Shown: one piece after another, positions 1 to 10,707 of the stretch
How positions within the stretch are numbered: position 1 is the stretch's first letter
Layout: the number at the start of each line of letters is the position of its first letter
From: Nitrosopumilaceae archaeon
GTDB taxonomy: Archaea > Thermoproteota > Nitrososphaeria > Nitrososphaerales > Nitrosopumilaceae
Length of the DNA stretch: 64,000 nucleotides
NCBI GenBank assembly: GCA_965207375.1
Contig: OZ242274.1
Location: 672,001 to 736,000, forward strand
Direction of reading: 5' to 3'
Program-made: the position numbers and the translations under genes
Notes under the pieces: generated by a model
Databases searched by the model: none
Told to the model about the DNA's origin: nothing
The model's input: the letters and a program-made list of their open reading frames with translations, nothing else

Positions 1-164
1 AATTGCCCTGACTTGGAGTTTCCTGTCTACAATTGACGGCACATTTTTCTAAATTATGATCCGTGAAACGATGTGTCCTCTGTAAAATCTCCAAGACAAT
101 TATCTTAGTTCTCTGATGTGTCATTTTTTGATCTCAGGTATCGTATCTATTTAATTTGAGAAGC

Positions 165-332
165 TTAGTTGGATTTTTTCATGATGCGAATCTCTACATG
201 GTGTCCCTCTTTTACATGAACTGAATGGCTTGTTTTTAAAAGATCACCAATTTTATCCTCGGTGTAAAATTTGCAATTATATCTACCAAGAACCTTTTTA
301 CAATTTCTGCAATAAATTTCGCTGTAATTCAA
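165..332 (-). CDS. Small putative Zn-binding protein, 55 aa (not in ORF track)
   Basis: TTG-start ORF read manually: MNYSEIYCRNCKKVLGRYNCKF...HSVHVKEGHHVEIRIMKKSN*. Contains CxxC plus a His cluster and is divergent from the tRNA. Confidence 0.6.
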   Translation of the reverse strand: MNYSEIYCRNCKKVLGRYNCKFYTEDKIGDLLKTSHSVHVKEGHHVEIRIMKKSN

Positions 333-406
333 TACACAAGTTAAATCAGAGCCGTATTTGTATCAATCAATAAAGAAACTTATTCTGGACATTGAATTTT
401 AAAGAT

Positions 407-491
407 GCGGGAGTCGCCCAGCCTGGTCAACGGCGTAAGGTTCAGGTCCTTATCTTTTAGGAGTTCGTGGGTTCAAATCCCACCTTCCGCA
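407..491 (+). tRNA. tRNA-Leu(CAG)
   Basis: Acceptor stem GCGGGAG/CTTCCGC-A; anticodon arm TAAGG-TTCAGGT-CCTTA (anticodon CAG); long variable arm; T-loop GGTTCAAATCC. Confidence 0.95.
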
Positions 492-525
492 TTATACAAT
501 ATTACGCCGGGGATTTGAGAATCTT

Positions 526-846
526 TTACTGATGACTTGGAAAATTAGTTAGTTTGAATGATGCAAGATCCTGATAAATAAGACGCAAGCATTGAATGTA
601 TTTTCCTCTTAGAATTTTGGTATTTTTTGGTTTGATTTTCTTTGCCTTGGCAGTAGCATTTCCCATGAGATATCCTTTGTGAGATTTTTTAAACCTGGGG
701 ATGTCTAATTCACTGTCTCCAACCAATACAATTTCATCATAACTTCCTAATTTTAGGCGATTTGACAGATCGGTCAAGGCAGATCGCTTGTCAATCCCCT
801 GTTGTGTGATGTGGTAGGCATTTTGACTTTTTAAGATAGATATTTT
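526..846 (-). pseudogene. 3' fragment of a Cof/HAD-IIB hydrolase
   Basis: C-terminal HAD motifs (GIDK, VGDSELD, MGNA) are present but motif I is missing. The 5' end is replaced by a MITE starting at 847. Confidence 0.65.
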
Positions 847-924
847 GTACTTGTTCACGTAGTGGAGTTGATTTGTACTTATGATGACATAATGATTGAA
901 AAATTAGGTATGAGACAAACGTAC
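847..924. mobile_element. Degenerate IS66-type MITE (GTACTTGTTCAC family)
   Basis: Starts GTACTTGTTCAC and aligns to the reverse complement of the MITE at 30346-30425 (shared GATTGAAAAATTAGGTAT). Confidence 0.7.
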
Positions 925-1070
925 ACACTCAGGTCATAGATTTTTCAGGCATAAAATTTTCAAGTAGATTCAAAAATTAGGCATGAAGTTGGTGGCGACC
1001 TGAGTTTGTACAGACAAACAAGTACAATTCTTATAGACTTGTTCACAATACAACACACAAGAGTAAGACA

Positions 1071-1814
1071 TTGTATTATCTATATATTGATGAGAGTGGT
1101 GATCCAGGAAATTATTTAGACAAAAACGAACAAAAAATCAAAGGAAGCTCAAGATTTTTTACACTAGCTGGAATTATTGTTAACGAAGAACAAAAAGAGA
1201 AGCTAAATAAAATAATTAAAGATATAATTGGAAAATACTTTAAACAAATACAATTACCAAATAAGTTCAAACTGCATTACTATCCATTAAGAAATGCAAA
1301 ACAACCATACGATAAGATATCGTATATGCATAGAAACAATCTGGTCAATGATGTGTTTGATGTCATTAAAGGACAAGAATGCTTTCTATTATCAGTTACA
1401 ATAGACTTGATGCAACATTGCAAAAAATATGACATGCTAGTGGATCCAAAATCTTATGCGATGTTAATAATGCTAGAAAGATTTCAATATTTTTTAGAAG
1501 AACAAGAAAAAGAAGGAATTGTAATTTATGAGAGATTTAATAAGAAAACAAGAAAAAAAGTAGAACGTACAATTAAAAAATTGCAAAAGATGTTACGATA
1601 TCAACATTATAAGGAATTAAAAAGTGTTAGAGGTCATGTAAAAAATGGCGATCCACAAAAAGAACCAATATTGCAGATATCTGATTTTTTTGCATATGCT
1701 GTGTGGGGGAGTCATACAGGAAGCAGGGATGTTAAAAATAGAATAAAATCAATACAACACAAATATTATAATTTGAATAAAGGTGGACACAAGTCAGGAA
1801 ATGTAATAATTTAG
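1071..1814 (+). CDS. DUF3800 family protein (predicted RNase H-like fold)
   Basis: N-terminal YLYIDESG, FFTLAGII, central IVIYE and C-terminal PILQISDFFAYAV motifs. Confidence 0.85.
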   Translation: MYYLYIDESGDPGNYLDKNEQKIKGSSRFFTLAGIIVNEEQKEKLNKIIKDIIGKYFKQIQLPNKFKLHYYPLRNAKQPYDKISYMHRNNLVNDVFDVIKGQECFLLSVTIDLMQHCKKYDMLVDPKSYAMLIMLERFQYFLEEQEKEGIVIYERFNKKTRKKVERTIKKLQKMLRYQHYKELKSVRGHVKNGDPQKEPILQISDFFAYAVWGSHTGSRDVKNRIKSIQHKYYNLNKGGHKSGNVII

Positions 1815-1874
1815 ATGTGATTCCTGAGATCTCTTACGAGTCTCATAGCTAGCATAACACCAGCAAAACCACAT
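1815..1874 (+). ncRNA. Candidate structured RNA immediately 3' of the DUF3800 gene
   Basis: Outer stem ATGTG(1815-19)/CACAT(1870-74) encloses the hairpin TGAGA-T-CTC-TTAC-GAG-TCTCA and a weak GCT/AGC stem. Confidence 0.45.
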
Positions 1875-2154
1875 AATTTATAGAAATTAAAATTTTTTAA
1901 ACCTTTGGATTTAGGTAGTTAATGACATAATTCTGACAAAACTATGAAAAACATGATAATTTTTTGTGCCTAACATTTGGGTTATGCCACTAACTATCTT
2001 CCAATACTGTAATCTCCTTTCTTTATATCATGGATAATTCACATTACGGTACATTCAAAAAAATACCCATTATGCAAAATACGCATGATTTTAGGGACAC
2101 AAATCTGTATTTTTTTATAAACAACTTTAAAAACTATACACACCCATAAATTGC

Positions 2155-2406
2155 ATGGGATTTATCGGTGGCAGAGGAACTGCAAGACGACCAATTAAAG
2201 AACTCAAAAAAAGTCCGGTTTCAGGAGATGCATACAAAGAATACCAAAAAAAGGTCAAAGATGCCGCAAAAGACACCTATGTTACACTAGGCCGCGGCAC
2301 CAAGAAAATCAAATTTGGTGATCTCAAAGAAGGTTCAGGCACATCTTCTGCAAAAGGCAGATATGTTTCAATGGGCCGCGGAACCGGAAGACGAAAAGTA
2401 GAGTAA
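2155..2406 (+). CDS. Small basic hypothetical protein with three GRGT motifs
   Basis: 83 aa, K/R/G-rich; repeated YV(T/S)(L/M)GRGT; T-rich terminator-like tract follows. Confidence 0.75.
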   Translation: MGFIGGRGTARRPIKELKKSPVSGDAYKEYQKKVKDAAKDTYVTLGRGTKKIKFGDLKEGSGTSSAKGRYVSMGRGTGRRKVE

Positions 2407-2429
2407 TTTTTCACCTTTCTTAATTTTTC

Positions 2430-4319
2430 TTATAATAATTTTTGAATCTTTTCTTGTAATTTTTTATTTATTTTTTGACCAGACGTCTTTCCTCTCAATG
2501 TCTTCATTGCTATTCCCATCAGTGGCCCTGCTGCACGCTGCTTTTGTTTTATAATCACGGATTTGTTCTCATTGACTAGTTTTTCAATAATTACATCTAA
2601 CTGTTCATCTGAGAGCGAAGCTGACATGATATTTTTAACTATCTCATCTGGATTCTTACCAGCCATTATCTCTTCTAAAACAATTTCAATTGATTCCTTT
2701 GAAATTTTTCCGTCATCTAACAGGCCAAATACATCTGCAATTATTTTGCCGGTAAGAAATTTCCTTTCTCCGCCTCTTCTTTCTAAACTGGTAACTGTAG
2801 AACACAGCACAGATGCTACATAGTTTGGAGAATTTTCCGTATCGCTGCAGATTTGCTCAAAACTTTCCATATATTCTGAATCAAAAATCTGCTCTGCCAA
2901 TTGTGCATTGAGATCATATTTTGTTTCCAACTCTTGTATTGATTCGTCCCAAGATTTTGGCAAATTCTCCTGTATGTTTTTTAGCTCCTCTTTTGATACG
3001 ATAATTGGTGGCACGTCAGTTTCTGGATACATTCTTGCTGCACCTGGTCTTGGTCTGAGAAATTTTGTCTCACCCTGTTGTGTTGCTAGTCTCGTATCTG
3101 TTGGAATTCCACAGTTTCGGATATGGCTGACTCGTAAAATAATCTGATCAATAATTTTGTGCATTTTTGATGCAGGTGCAGCTAAAATCAAAAAGGCATC
3201 TTTTTCACTAATGTCTAGTCTGTGCCTTAAATTTTCTAGCTCAGCCGTCTCTATTCCGTAATTGGGCAACTCGTCAGAATGAAACACCCCGCCTATTCCA
3301 AAAAATCGCACCAATTCTGCCACCTCTCTTCCCAATCTTATGTTTTCATAAGGCAAAAATCCAAACATGCCTGCCATGTTTCTAAAGGAAATGGCAAAAA
3401 TTCTGTGATTCTTTGCAATTGCATTTTGAATAATTTTTGACCTGCACTGTGTAAAAGGTTCGGTGATGTCTAACCTATCCCTGACCTTGTCATGTGTCCA
3501 GTCTCTTTTTTTGAGCTCAGCTGAAATCCTCAACAATCCGTGCTGTCTTTTTGCCTCATATTTGATGACATTTTCTAACTGATCTAACTGCTGTACTCCC
3601 TTTACCTCAATTACAACGCCTCCGTCCTTGATGGATACATTGACATCCTGTCTGATGGAGCCTAGTCCTCTTTTTACCTTTTTTGTACTTCGTAATATCC
3701 TGCCTAATGCCAATGCAATGTCTCTTACTTTTTTTGGCTCTGTCTCAAATGGTTCTGTTGCAATTTCAACTAGCGGGACTCCTAATCTTTCTAACCCATA
3801 TTGTTTCATCTGATCCTTGTCTCCTAGTATTTTGGCTGCATCCTCTTCTAGGCATATTGACTGTACTTTGATTATATCGTTGCCTGCTTTGAAAAATCCC
3901 CCTTGAGACACCAACATGGTACGCTGAAATCCAGTTGTATTAGAGCCATCAATTACCGTCTTTCTCATTGGATAAATTTCATCAAAAACATTGGCTTTTA
4001 AGATGCCGCAAACAACTAGTGCGATATATTTTGCATCAGGATCTAGCCGGTGTGGTGGCTCCTCATCTTGCTCTACTAGACAACTGCTTTGCGGATTTGC
4101 ATAATACATTATGGTTTTTGCCTTTGTATCTTCAAATAATGCGGCAGGATCAAACTCTCCGAATTCACTCTTTGATGCACGCAACCTTCTTTGAAATTTT
4201 ATAGGATATTGGTCAGATTCTATTGGAGCACAATCACAAAACAGTTTTTTGTTAGTTGCTAGCTGCTGATGAATCTCTAGTCCGACCTTTACCCCTACAT
4301 CGCTGCTTGAAAATTCCAT
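2430..4319 (-). CDS. gatE: Glutamyl-tRNA(Gln) amidotransferase subunit E
   Basis: GLEIHQQL, DGSNTTGFQRT, RGLGSIRQDVNVSI, RMYPETD. Start trimmed to MEFSS. Confidence 0.97.
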   Translation of the reverse strand: MEFSSSDVGVKVGLEIHQQLATNKKLFCDCAPIESDQYPIKFQRRLRASKSEFGEFDPAALFEDTKAKTIMYYANPQSSCLVEQDEEPPHRLDPDAKYIALVVCGILKANVFDEIYPMRKTVIDGSNTTGFQRTMLVSQGGFFKAGNDIIKVQSICLEEDAAKILGDKDQMKQYGLERLGVPLVEIATEPFETEPKKVRDIALALGRILRSTKKVKRGLGSIRQDVNVSIKDGGVVIEVKGVQQLDQLENVIKYEAKRQHGLLRISAELKKRDWTHDKVRDRLDITEPFTQCRSKIIQNAIAKNHRIFAISFRNMAGMFGFLPYENIRLGREVAELVRFFGIGGVFHSDELPNYGIETAELENLRHRLDISEKDAFLILAAPASKMHKIIDQIILRVSHIRNCGIPTDTRLATQQGETKFLRPRPGAARMYPETDVPPIIVSKEELKNIQENLPKSWDESIQELETKYDLNAQLAEQIFDSEYMESFEQICSDTENSPNYVASVLCSTVTSLERRGGERKFLTGKIIADVFGLLDDGKISKESIEIVLEEIMAGKNPDEIVKNIMSASLSDEQLDVIIEKLVNENKSVIIKQKQRAAGPLMGIAMKTLRGKTSGQKINKKLQEKIQKLL

Positions 4320-4332
4320 CAAAACATCACAC

Positions 4333-5622
4333 TCATGTTGAAAATTCTGATGCAATTTGTTTTAGCATGATTTCTTTTATCTGTTGGCAATCTTTGGCAT
4401 ATCCGGCAGCCCACATTGCCTTGACTAGTGCTGTTTCAGGTATGATATTTAATGGTGTAATTCCCAAGTTCAACAGATCTCTTCCGCTCTCGTATACTGT
4501 CATTTGTACCCTTCCCTCAATACACTGCGATGTCATCCCCATGAAAATTCCTTTCTCTTGCGCCTGTTGTATCACACCGTACATATTTTTTCCAACATGT
4601 CCTAGACCAGTACCTTCAAAAACTATTGCTTTTATTCCCGAATCAATGATTTTTTTCAAAGTATCGGGATTATATCCCGGATAATACTTTACTAGCGCAA
4701 CCTTTTCACTTAACTTTATGACGGGCTGAAACTGATTCGTTGAAAAAAACTCTGACTCTGTATTTTTGCAAATCTTATCATCAACAATTAAAAATGCCGG
4801 AATGCTGCCGATTGTTTCAAATGCGCCTCTTTTGCTGGTGTGATTTTTTCTTACACGTGTACCTATGTGACATGCTATGACTGTGTCATTTTCATTCTGA
4901 TGCATGACTACGTATACTCCGCTAGTTTTACATTTGGTAACAAACTGTACTGCACCAATGAGATTCAATGCCGCATCTGATGATGCACGATCCGAGGATC
5001 TTTGTGAACCAACTAGCGCTATGGGCAGTGCAAAACCTGCCAATGCAAATGAGAGAAACGATGATGTATAATGCATCGTATCTGTGCCATGTGCAATAAC
5101 AATTCCTGCATATTGGTCTGAATCTGAATATTTTTGGATTTCTTGTGCTATTTGCAGCCAATCTTGTGGAACTATATTTTCTGAATATTCTGCCAACAAG
5201 ACTCTAGCATCTACATCTGCAATGGCAGACAATTCAGGTATTGACATGTTTAGTTCTTGGGCAGTCAATGTAGGCGTTACTGCCCCTGTTCTATAATCTA
5301 TCTTACTTGCAATGGTTCCACCAGTAGATAACAACAGCACCTTTGGCAACCCTGCATTTTTTTTGATTTTTATTTTTTCTGGTACTGCATGCTTTGTATC
5401 TTTTACTTTTTGTACCTCTTTGATTTTTTCCAAACTGATTCCGATGTTGTATCCGCTTTTTAGCTTTATGACTATATGGGCATCATCTGCATGCTCGTAT
5501 CTTGGCATAATTATGCCCTCATATGTCAAATCTGCATGAATTTTCACAGAATCTCCCACCTTGAGCTGTTTTTGTTTTATAAATTCAAGAGATCTTTTTG
5601 TATAGCCTCTAAATTCTGACAT
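4333..5622 (-). CDS. gatD: Glutamyl-tRNA(Gln) amidotransferase subunit D
   Basis: Asparaginase-like STGGTIAS, HGTDT and SQRSSDR motifs; adjacent to gatE. Start trimmed to MSEFRGY. Confidence 0.97.
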   Translation of the reverse strand: MSEFRGYTKRSLEFIKQKQLKVGDSVKIHADLTYEGIIMPRYEHADDAHIVIKLKSGYNIGISLEKIKEVQKVKDTKHAVPEKIKIKKNAGLPKVLLLSTGGTIASKIDYRTGAVTPTLTAQELNMSIPELSAIADVDARVLLAEYSENIVPQDWLQIAQEIQKYSDSDQYAGIVIAHGTDTMHYTSSFLSFALAGFALPIALVGSQRSSDRASSDAALNLIGAVQFVTKCKTSGVYVVMHQNENDTVIACHIGTRVRKNHTSKRGAFETIGSIPAFLIVDDKICKNTESEFFSTNQFQPVIKLSEKVALVKYYPGYNPDTLKKIIDSGIKAIVFEGTGLGHVGKNMYGVIQQAQEKGIFMGMTSQCIEGRVQMTVYESGRDLLNLGITPLNIIPETALVKAMWAAGYAKDCQQIKEIMLKQIASEFST

Positions 5623-5656
5623 TTCTGTGATTGTGTAATTGTCTATTTTATAAAAA

Positions 5657-7843
5657 CTACCTGTAATAAGAGGCAACTAGCTTTTCGCCTACTTTGAGGT
5701 CCTTTTGCTCCCTTACCTTCTTGACTGCCTCCTCAAAGTGTTTCATTTTGACATCTGCACCCTCTGAGTTGTTTTCAATCTCTTTGACTTCTGGATGGCT
5801 GTCTAGGAATTCGTGTATGACTATAGATACTGCCGTATTTGCAATTGCTGCCACGTCTGCACCGCTTAATCCGTCTGTAGATTCGGCAAGTTTGTCAAAA
5901 TCAACATGTTCTGGATTTTTTACATCTGTGATGGCAGGTATCCTTTCTGCATTAATTTCTAGAATCTTCTTCCTGCTTTCCTTGTCAGGCAGTGGAATTT
6001 GAATAATTTTATCAAATCTTCCCGGACGCAACAATGCAGGATCAATCATGTCTGCCCTGTTTGTGGCAGCTAACACTACTACTCCGTGCATATTTTCCAT
6101 ACCATCTAGTTCTGTTAGCAACTGGCTTACCACTCTTTCTGTAACTGCAGTTTCTCCTCCTGCACCCCTAATTGGTGCAATCGAATCAATCTCATCAAAG
6201 AATACCACACATGGAGCCGATTGTCTTGCCCTTTTGAATATCTCCCTGATTCCTCTTTCTGATTCTCCAACCCATTTTGATAACAGTTCGGGACCTCTGA
6301 CTGAAACAAAATTTGCCTCACTCTGTGTGGCCACAGCCTTTGCTAGTAGCGTCTTGCCTGTACCACTTGTACCGTGAAGTAAAATTCCCCTTGGCATCTT
6401 GTGGCCTAGCTTATCGTATAATCCTGGATACTTCATGGGCCATTCGACTGCCTCTTGTAGTTCCTTTTTAACATCCTCTAGTCCGCCGACCTCCTCCCAT
6501 TTGACGTCGGGATTTTCAATGAATACCTCTCTCATTCCTGACGGTGTAACCTCGATAATTGCTTTTTGGAAATCCTCTGCATTTACAATTAATTTGTCCA
6601 GAGTCTCTGGTGGAAGTTTTTCATCATCTAGGTTCAATTCTGGAAGCAATCTACGCAGGCACTTCATTGCAGCCTCCTTGCACAGATATTCTAAATCCGC
6701 ACCCACATATCCGTGGCTAATTCCTGCCACCTTGTCTATGTTGACATCTTCTGCTAATGGCATGTTTCTTGTATGTATGGCCAAAATGTCCTTTCTGCCC
6801 CTCTTATCTGGAACCTTAATCTCTATCTCCCTATCAAATCTGCCGGGTCGTCTTAATGCAGGATCAATTGCATTTGGTCTGTTGGTTGCAGAAATTACGA
6901 TAACCTTGCCTCTTGCCTCTAATCCGTCCATCAGTGATAACATCTGCGATACCACCCTTCTTTCAACCTCTCCTGTCACCTCCTCTCTTTTTGGTGCAAT
7001 AGAGTCAATCTCGTCTACGAAAATAATTGAAGGTGCTTTTTCTCTTGCTTCTTTGAATATTTCTCTTAACCTTGCCTCGCTTTCTCCGTAAAATTTTGAC
7101 ATAATTTCAGGACCCGATATGCTAATAAAATGAGCATTACTTTCATTTGCAACTGCCTTTGCTAGCAGCGTCTTGCCTGTTCCTGGAGGACCGTACAGCA
7201 AAACCCCCTTTGGAGCCTCGATACCTAACTTTTCAAAAATTTCCGGATGTCGTAATGGAAGTTCAATCATCTCTCTTACCTTTTTAATTTCATCAGTAAG
7301 ACCACCAATGTCCTCGTATGTTACCTGTGGCACTCCCCTTAGAGTCTCACCTTTTTCTGCAATGTGGAAAACAGTTTTTTGCGTAACTAGTACTGCATCA
7401 GCTGCCGGAGTTACCCCTATTACCTGAAATGTCAACCTTCCGCCAAAATATGGAACCATGACGTTGTCCCCCTTTATCAGTGGAACACTTTCTAATGCAT
7501 CTGCAAGATATCTTTCATCAATTGGCGGTATTGCTTCTAATGGTGCAACTACTACCTTTTCTGCAGCAACTGCCTTGATCTTTCTAACCGAAATTGTGTC
7601 CCCTATTGCAATACCTGAATTGTTTCTGCCTAGTCCGTCAATTCTGATTATTCCCTTTCCCTCATCAGAAGGGTACAATGGAAGACATTTTGCAACCGTC
7701 CTTCTCTTGCCCTTGATCTCAATGACGTCTCCTGTGGATGCATTTAGGGTGTCCATAGAATCATAATCTATTCGTGCCACTCCTCTTCCGACATCTCTTG
7801 TGTATGCCTCTAAAACCTTGAGAGAAAGTGCATTTTGACTCAT
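5657..7843 (-). CDS. cdc48: CDC48/VAT family AAA+ ATPase
   Basis: N-domain ([10 protein letters not shown]) plus two AAA modules (GPPGTGKT; GTSGTGKT; DEIDSIAP; RPGRFD). Confidence 0.97.
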   Translation of the reverse strand: MSQNALSLKVLEAYTRDVGRGVARIDYDSMDTLNASTGDVIEIKGKRRTVAKCLPLYPSDEGKGIIRIDGLGRNNSGIAIGDTISVRKIKAVAAEKVVVAPLEAIPPIDERYLADALESVPLIKGDNVMVPYFGGRLTFQVIGVTPAADAVLVTQKTVFHIAEKGETLRGVPQVTYEDIGGLTDEIKKVREMIELPLRHPEIFEKLGIEAPKGVLLYGPPGTGKTLLAKAVANESNAHFISISGPEIMSKFYGESEARLREIFKEAREKAPSIIFVDEIDSIAPKREEVTGEVERRVVSQMLSLMDGLEARGKVIVISATNRPNAIDPALRRPGRFDREIEIKVPDKRGRKDILAIHTRNMPLAEDVNIDKVAGISHGYVGADLEYLCKEAAMKCLRRLLPELNLDDEKLPPETLDKLIVNAEDFQKAIIEVTPSGMREVFIENPDVKWEEVGGLEDVKKELQEAVEWPMKYPGLYDKLGHKMPRGILLHGTSGTGKTLLAKAVATQSEANFVSVRGPELLSKWVGESERGIREIFKRARQSAPCVVFFDEIDSIAPIRGAGGETAVTERVVSQLLTELDGMENMHGVVVLAATNRADMIDPALLRPGRFDKIIQIPLPDKESRKKILEINAERIPAITDVKNPEHVDFDKLAESTDGLSGADVAAIANTAVSIVIHEFLDSHPEVKEIENNSEGADVKMKHFEEAVKKVREQKDLKVGEKLVASYYR

Positions 7844-8041
7844 ACAAAAAAGGTCTTTGGCTAATTTTTATATCTTTGGCGTTAAACTGTACATTTTGCA
7901 ATCTAGGCTAAATTGCATCATGATGACACAATTTTGTGCCAAAATCGGCGTTTACAAACAGTTTGGCGTGCAAAACCGGTTCTAGAGCACCATCTGTCAA
8001 TCATAAGCTTAAAATCACTAGAATTGTACAAATTGATCTAC

Positions 8042-8773
8042 ATGGGAAAGAGACCTCTAGTTAGAAGACGCGGCCGTGGAGGCCATCAGTTTAGGGCAGC
8101 CGTTACTGGCAAAATAGCCGATGCCAAATATCCCAACTATCCGTTATCTGAACAGCACACTGGCCTAGTCATTGATCTTGTACATGAACGGGGCAGAGAT
8201 GCACCACTAGCCAAAATTAGATTTGAGGATGGCTCTATCTCATTTATTCCTGCCGTAATTGGAACAAAGGTTGGAGATTCTATGCAGTTTGGCCTAAAAT
8301 CAAAAATTTCTGACGGCAATGTTATCAGCATTCAAAATATTCCCGATGGCACAATTGTGTGCAATGTGGAACGTCATTTTTGTGATGGCGGTGCAATTGT
8401 CAAATCTGCAGGAACTAGTGCCACTATCTTTTCTCACGGCGAGGACGGTGTTACAATAAAACTTCCCTCAGGAAAGTTTGCAACATTAAATCCTAAAAAT
8501 AGAGCCATGATTGGTTCCCTTTCTGGCGGCGGCGCATCTGAACGTCCGCTGATGAGTGCAGGAGGAAAATGGAGAAAATTCCGTTCAAGAGGAAGAAAAT
8601 ATCCAATAGTTCGAGGTGTTGCACAAGCAGCATACGTCCACCCACATGGCGGTGGAAGACACCAGCATGTAGGCCAAAGCTCTACTGTATCTAGGAATGC
8701 TCCACCGGGTGCAAAGGTAGGAAGCATTGCAGCAAGAAAGACTGGCAGAGCCAGAATCAAAGACAGAAGATAG
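8042..8773 (+). CDS. rpl2: 50S ribosomal protein uL2
   Basis: MGKRPLVRRRGRG, HERGRDAPLA, VRGVAQAAYVHPHGGG. Start trimmed to MGKR. Confidence 0.97.
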   Translation: MGKRPLVRRRGRGGHQFRAAVTGKIADAKYPNYPLSEQHTGLVIDLVHERGRDAPLAKIRFEDGSISFIPAVIGTKVGDSMQFGLKSKISDGNVISIQNIPDGTIVCNVERHFCDGGAIVKSAGTSATIFSHGEDGVTIKLPSGKFATLNPKNRAMIGSLSGGGASERPLMSAGGKWRKFRSRGRKYPIVRGVAQAAYVHPHGGGRHQHVGQSSTVSRNAPPGAKVGSIAARKTGRARIKDRR

Positions 8774-8821
8774 AAATTATTTTCCTAAAATTGATTAAGA
8801 GCTTTTCAATATCAGTTACAC

Positions 8822-9097
8822 ATGAGGCAACGAATACATTTGTTTGTAACAGGAAAGGTACAGGGCGTTTTTTTCAGACAGGCACTCAAGGTTATGGCCA
8901 AAAAAAATAACGTATATGGATGGGTAAAGAATCTCAGTGACGGCCGAGTCGAAGCCGTTTTGGAAGGTGAGGATACAAGTGTTAGCAATATTGTGGAATG
9001 GGCACATGCAGGTCCTGCCAATGCTAGAGTTGAAGATGTAGAAATTCGCAATGAATTGTATATAGGCCAATTCTCAAAGTTTGATGTTTTGTACTAG
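8822..9097 (+). CDS. acyP: Acylphosphatase
   Basis: VTGKVQGVFFR and GWVKNLSDGRVE signatures. Confidence 0.95.
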   Translation: MRQRIHLFVTGKVQGVFFRQALKVMAKKNNVYGWVKNLSDGRVEAVLEGEDTSVSNIVEWAHAGPANARVEDVEIRNELYIGQFSKFDVLY

Positions 9098-9420
9098 CTG
9101 TACTTTATCTGCGTCATATTACAGGCAGATTTTATCACGTCAAATCAAACAACAAGAGTCGCGCGGATCTGCTGTTTGACATTTTCATCGGTTATTTTCC
9201 AAATGGGGATTTGGTCAACTTGAATCTCCTGCTATACCAGTACCTTGTTTTGGATTCTCTTTGGTGTACTATTTAGATACTGTATTTTTCTGATGTATCA
9301 TGTGTTAGCAACTGTGGCTAATCATTATGTAACTGCTAGCATTGTTTTAAAATTAAGAAAATTTTGTAATGTCATCAAAAATAGAGCAAAAATCCAAACT
9401 CGATGTTAAACAATTGTAAT

Positions 9421-9736
9421 GGTAGTAGCCCTACTAGTTCTGGTCTAGCCAGATAGTCCCATTTCAAGGCATACAAGATCCGCCACGTTGACGAGGAAGC
9501 GTGGATGCCCCACCTTAGGATTGCTCCCTCCCGGACCTGGTCCCTTTCGATGGTTCGGTCTTGAAAGTTATCCCTTCGGATAATTCCAGTCCTGCAACCA
9601 CCCGCCTCGGCGTGATTTCATTTCCGCACACCAAGCGGGAATTACCTTTCTAGAGATTTACCTAGTAGTTACTGATCTCTGCGTATAGCCGGTTTCAGAA
9701 CGGGGCACGGCTAGCACCCCAATCCTACCTACTACC
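9421..9736 (-). ncRNA. ffs: Archaeal SRP (7S) RNA
   Basis: 316 nt GC-rich; terminal helix GGTAGTAG/CTACTACC; helix-8 motif CCAGGTCCGGGAGGGAGCAA on the minus strand (9521-9540); Alu-like 5' domain. Confidence 0.9.
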
Positions 9737-9767
9737 AAAAACCCTATGAGGCGTTGTTATATTTGCA

Positions 9768-10676
9768 TTAGGTTTGCTTTTTGAATTGAGAAATTACACT
9801 GCACACGGAGCACACTTTACCGGTGCAATCTGCCCCACAATTACCACATTTTGTTTTTGTTTTTGTATCTGCTACTCTGACAGCACCTGATACTTTAATT
9901 ACTGATCTGTATAGGCTGTTTTTTATTCCTGCGTGTTGGCCCTCCAATGAATTTAAAAATTTGCGAATCTCGGTTCTTATTCCCTCATCAGTATGTGGGC
10001 AGGGCTCAGTCTGAAACGGAATATTATTTGTAAATGCGTAAAACACTATCTCTGACTCGTAAATTTCTGCAAACGGCTTGATTTTTCTTATTGCACTGTC
10101 CGAATCGGGTCTCATCCATCCTATTTTTGTAACATCTCCTGATAACATGTTGATCAAAAATGTCTGCAAATTGTCGTCTAAATTGTGGGCAGTTGCAACC
10201 ACATCTGCCCCGATTGCGTTTGCTGCGTGATCAATTGCCCTCCGTCTCAGCGTGCCGCAGATAGAACATGCAGAAGTCTTTTCATCTTTTCGCTGTTCTA
10301 ATATTTTCTCTAACGTCAATTCAAATAGATTCCTGTATGAAAAGACGCTAAATTCTATCTCTAGCTTGTCACAAAAGTCTTTTACGATACCAAGAGCTTC
10401 GTTTCTGTATCCTGGTATTCCCTCATCTACAGTTACTGCATGAATTCTAAAATTATGTGTTTTTGACATCTGATTCAGGATAGATAACAGTACCAGTGAA
10501 TCCTTTCCGCCTGAAACTGCAACTGCAACTAGGTCGTCGTTTTTTATCATACTGTATTTTGAGATGGTCTTGGCAGTTTTGCGTGCTATAGCATTTGTAA
10601 AACACTGCGAACACAGGCTCTGACCAGAATACTTTCTTGTAAATACTGCCGTATTCTCACATCTGTCACACTGCAT
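9768..10676 (-). CDS. tRNA 2-thiolation protein, TtuA/Ncs6 family
   Basis: N- and C-terminal Zn fingers, PP-loop SGGKDS, CSICGTLRRR, AHNLDD. Confidence 0.9.
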   Translation of the reverse strand: MQCDRCENTAVFTRKYSGQSLCSQCFTNAIARKTAKTISKYSMIKNDDLVAVAVSGGKDSLVLLSILNQMSKTHNFRIHAVTVDEGIPGYRNEALGIVKDFCDKLEIEFSVFSYRNLFELTLEKILEQRKDEKTSACSICGTLRRRAIDHAANAIGADVVATAHNLDDNLQTFLINMLSGDVTKIGWMRPDSDSAIRKIKPFAEIYESEIVFYAFTNNIPFQTEPCPHTDEGIRTEIRKFLNSLEGQHAGIKNSLYRSVIKVSGAVRVADTKTKTKCGNCGADCTGKVCSVCSVISQFKKQT

Positions 10677-10707
10677 GCTACAATCCTTGCCTGCCTTTAC
10701 TTATTAG

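Noticed and set aside
407-2100. Integrase-type island with attL/attR at tRNA-Leu
   Set aside because: No second copy of the tRNA 3' end and no integrase seen in the window.
9100-9420. Additional ncRNA or ORF between acyP and SRP RNA
   Set aside because: Only weak short stems and no recognisable motif or credible ORF.
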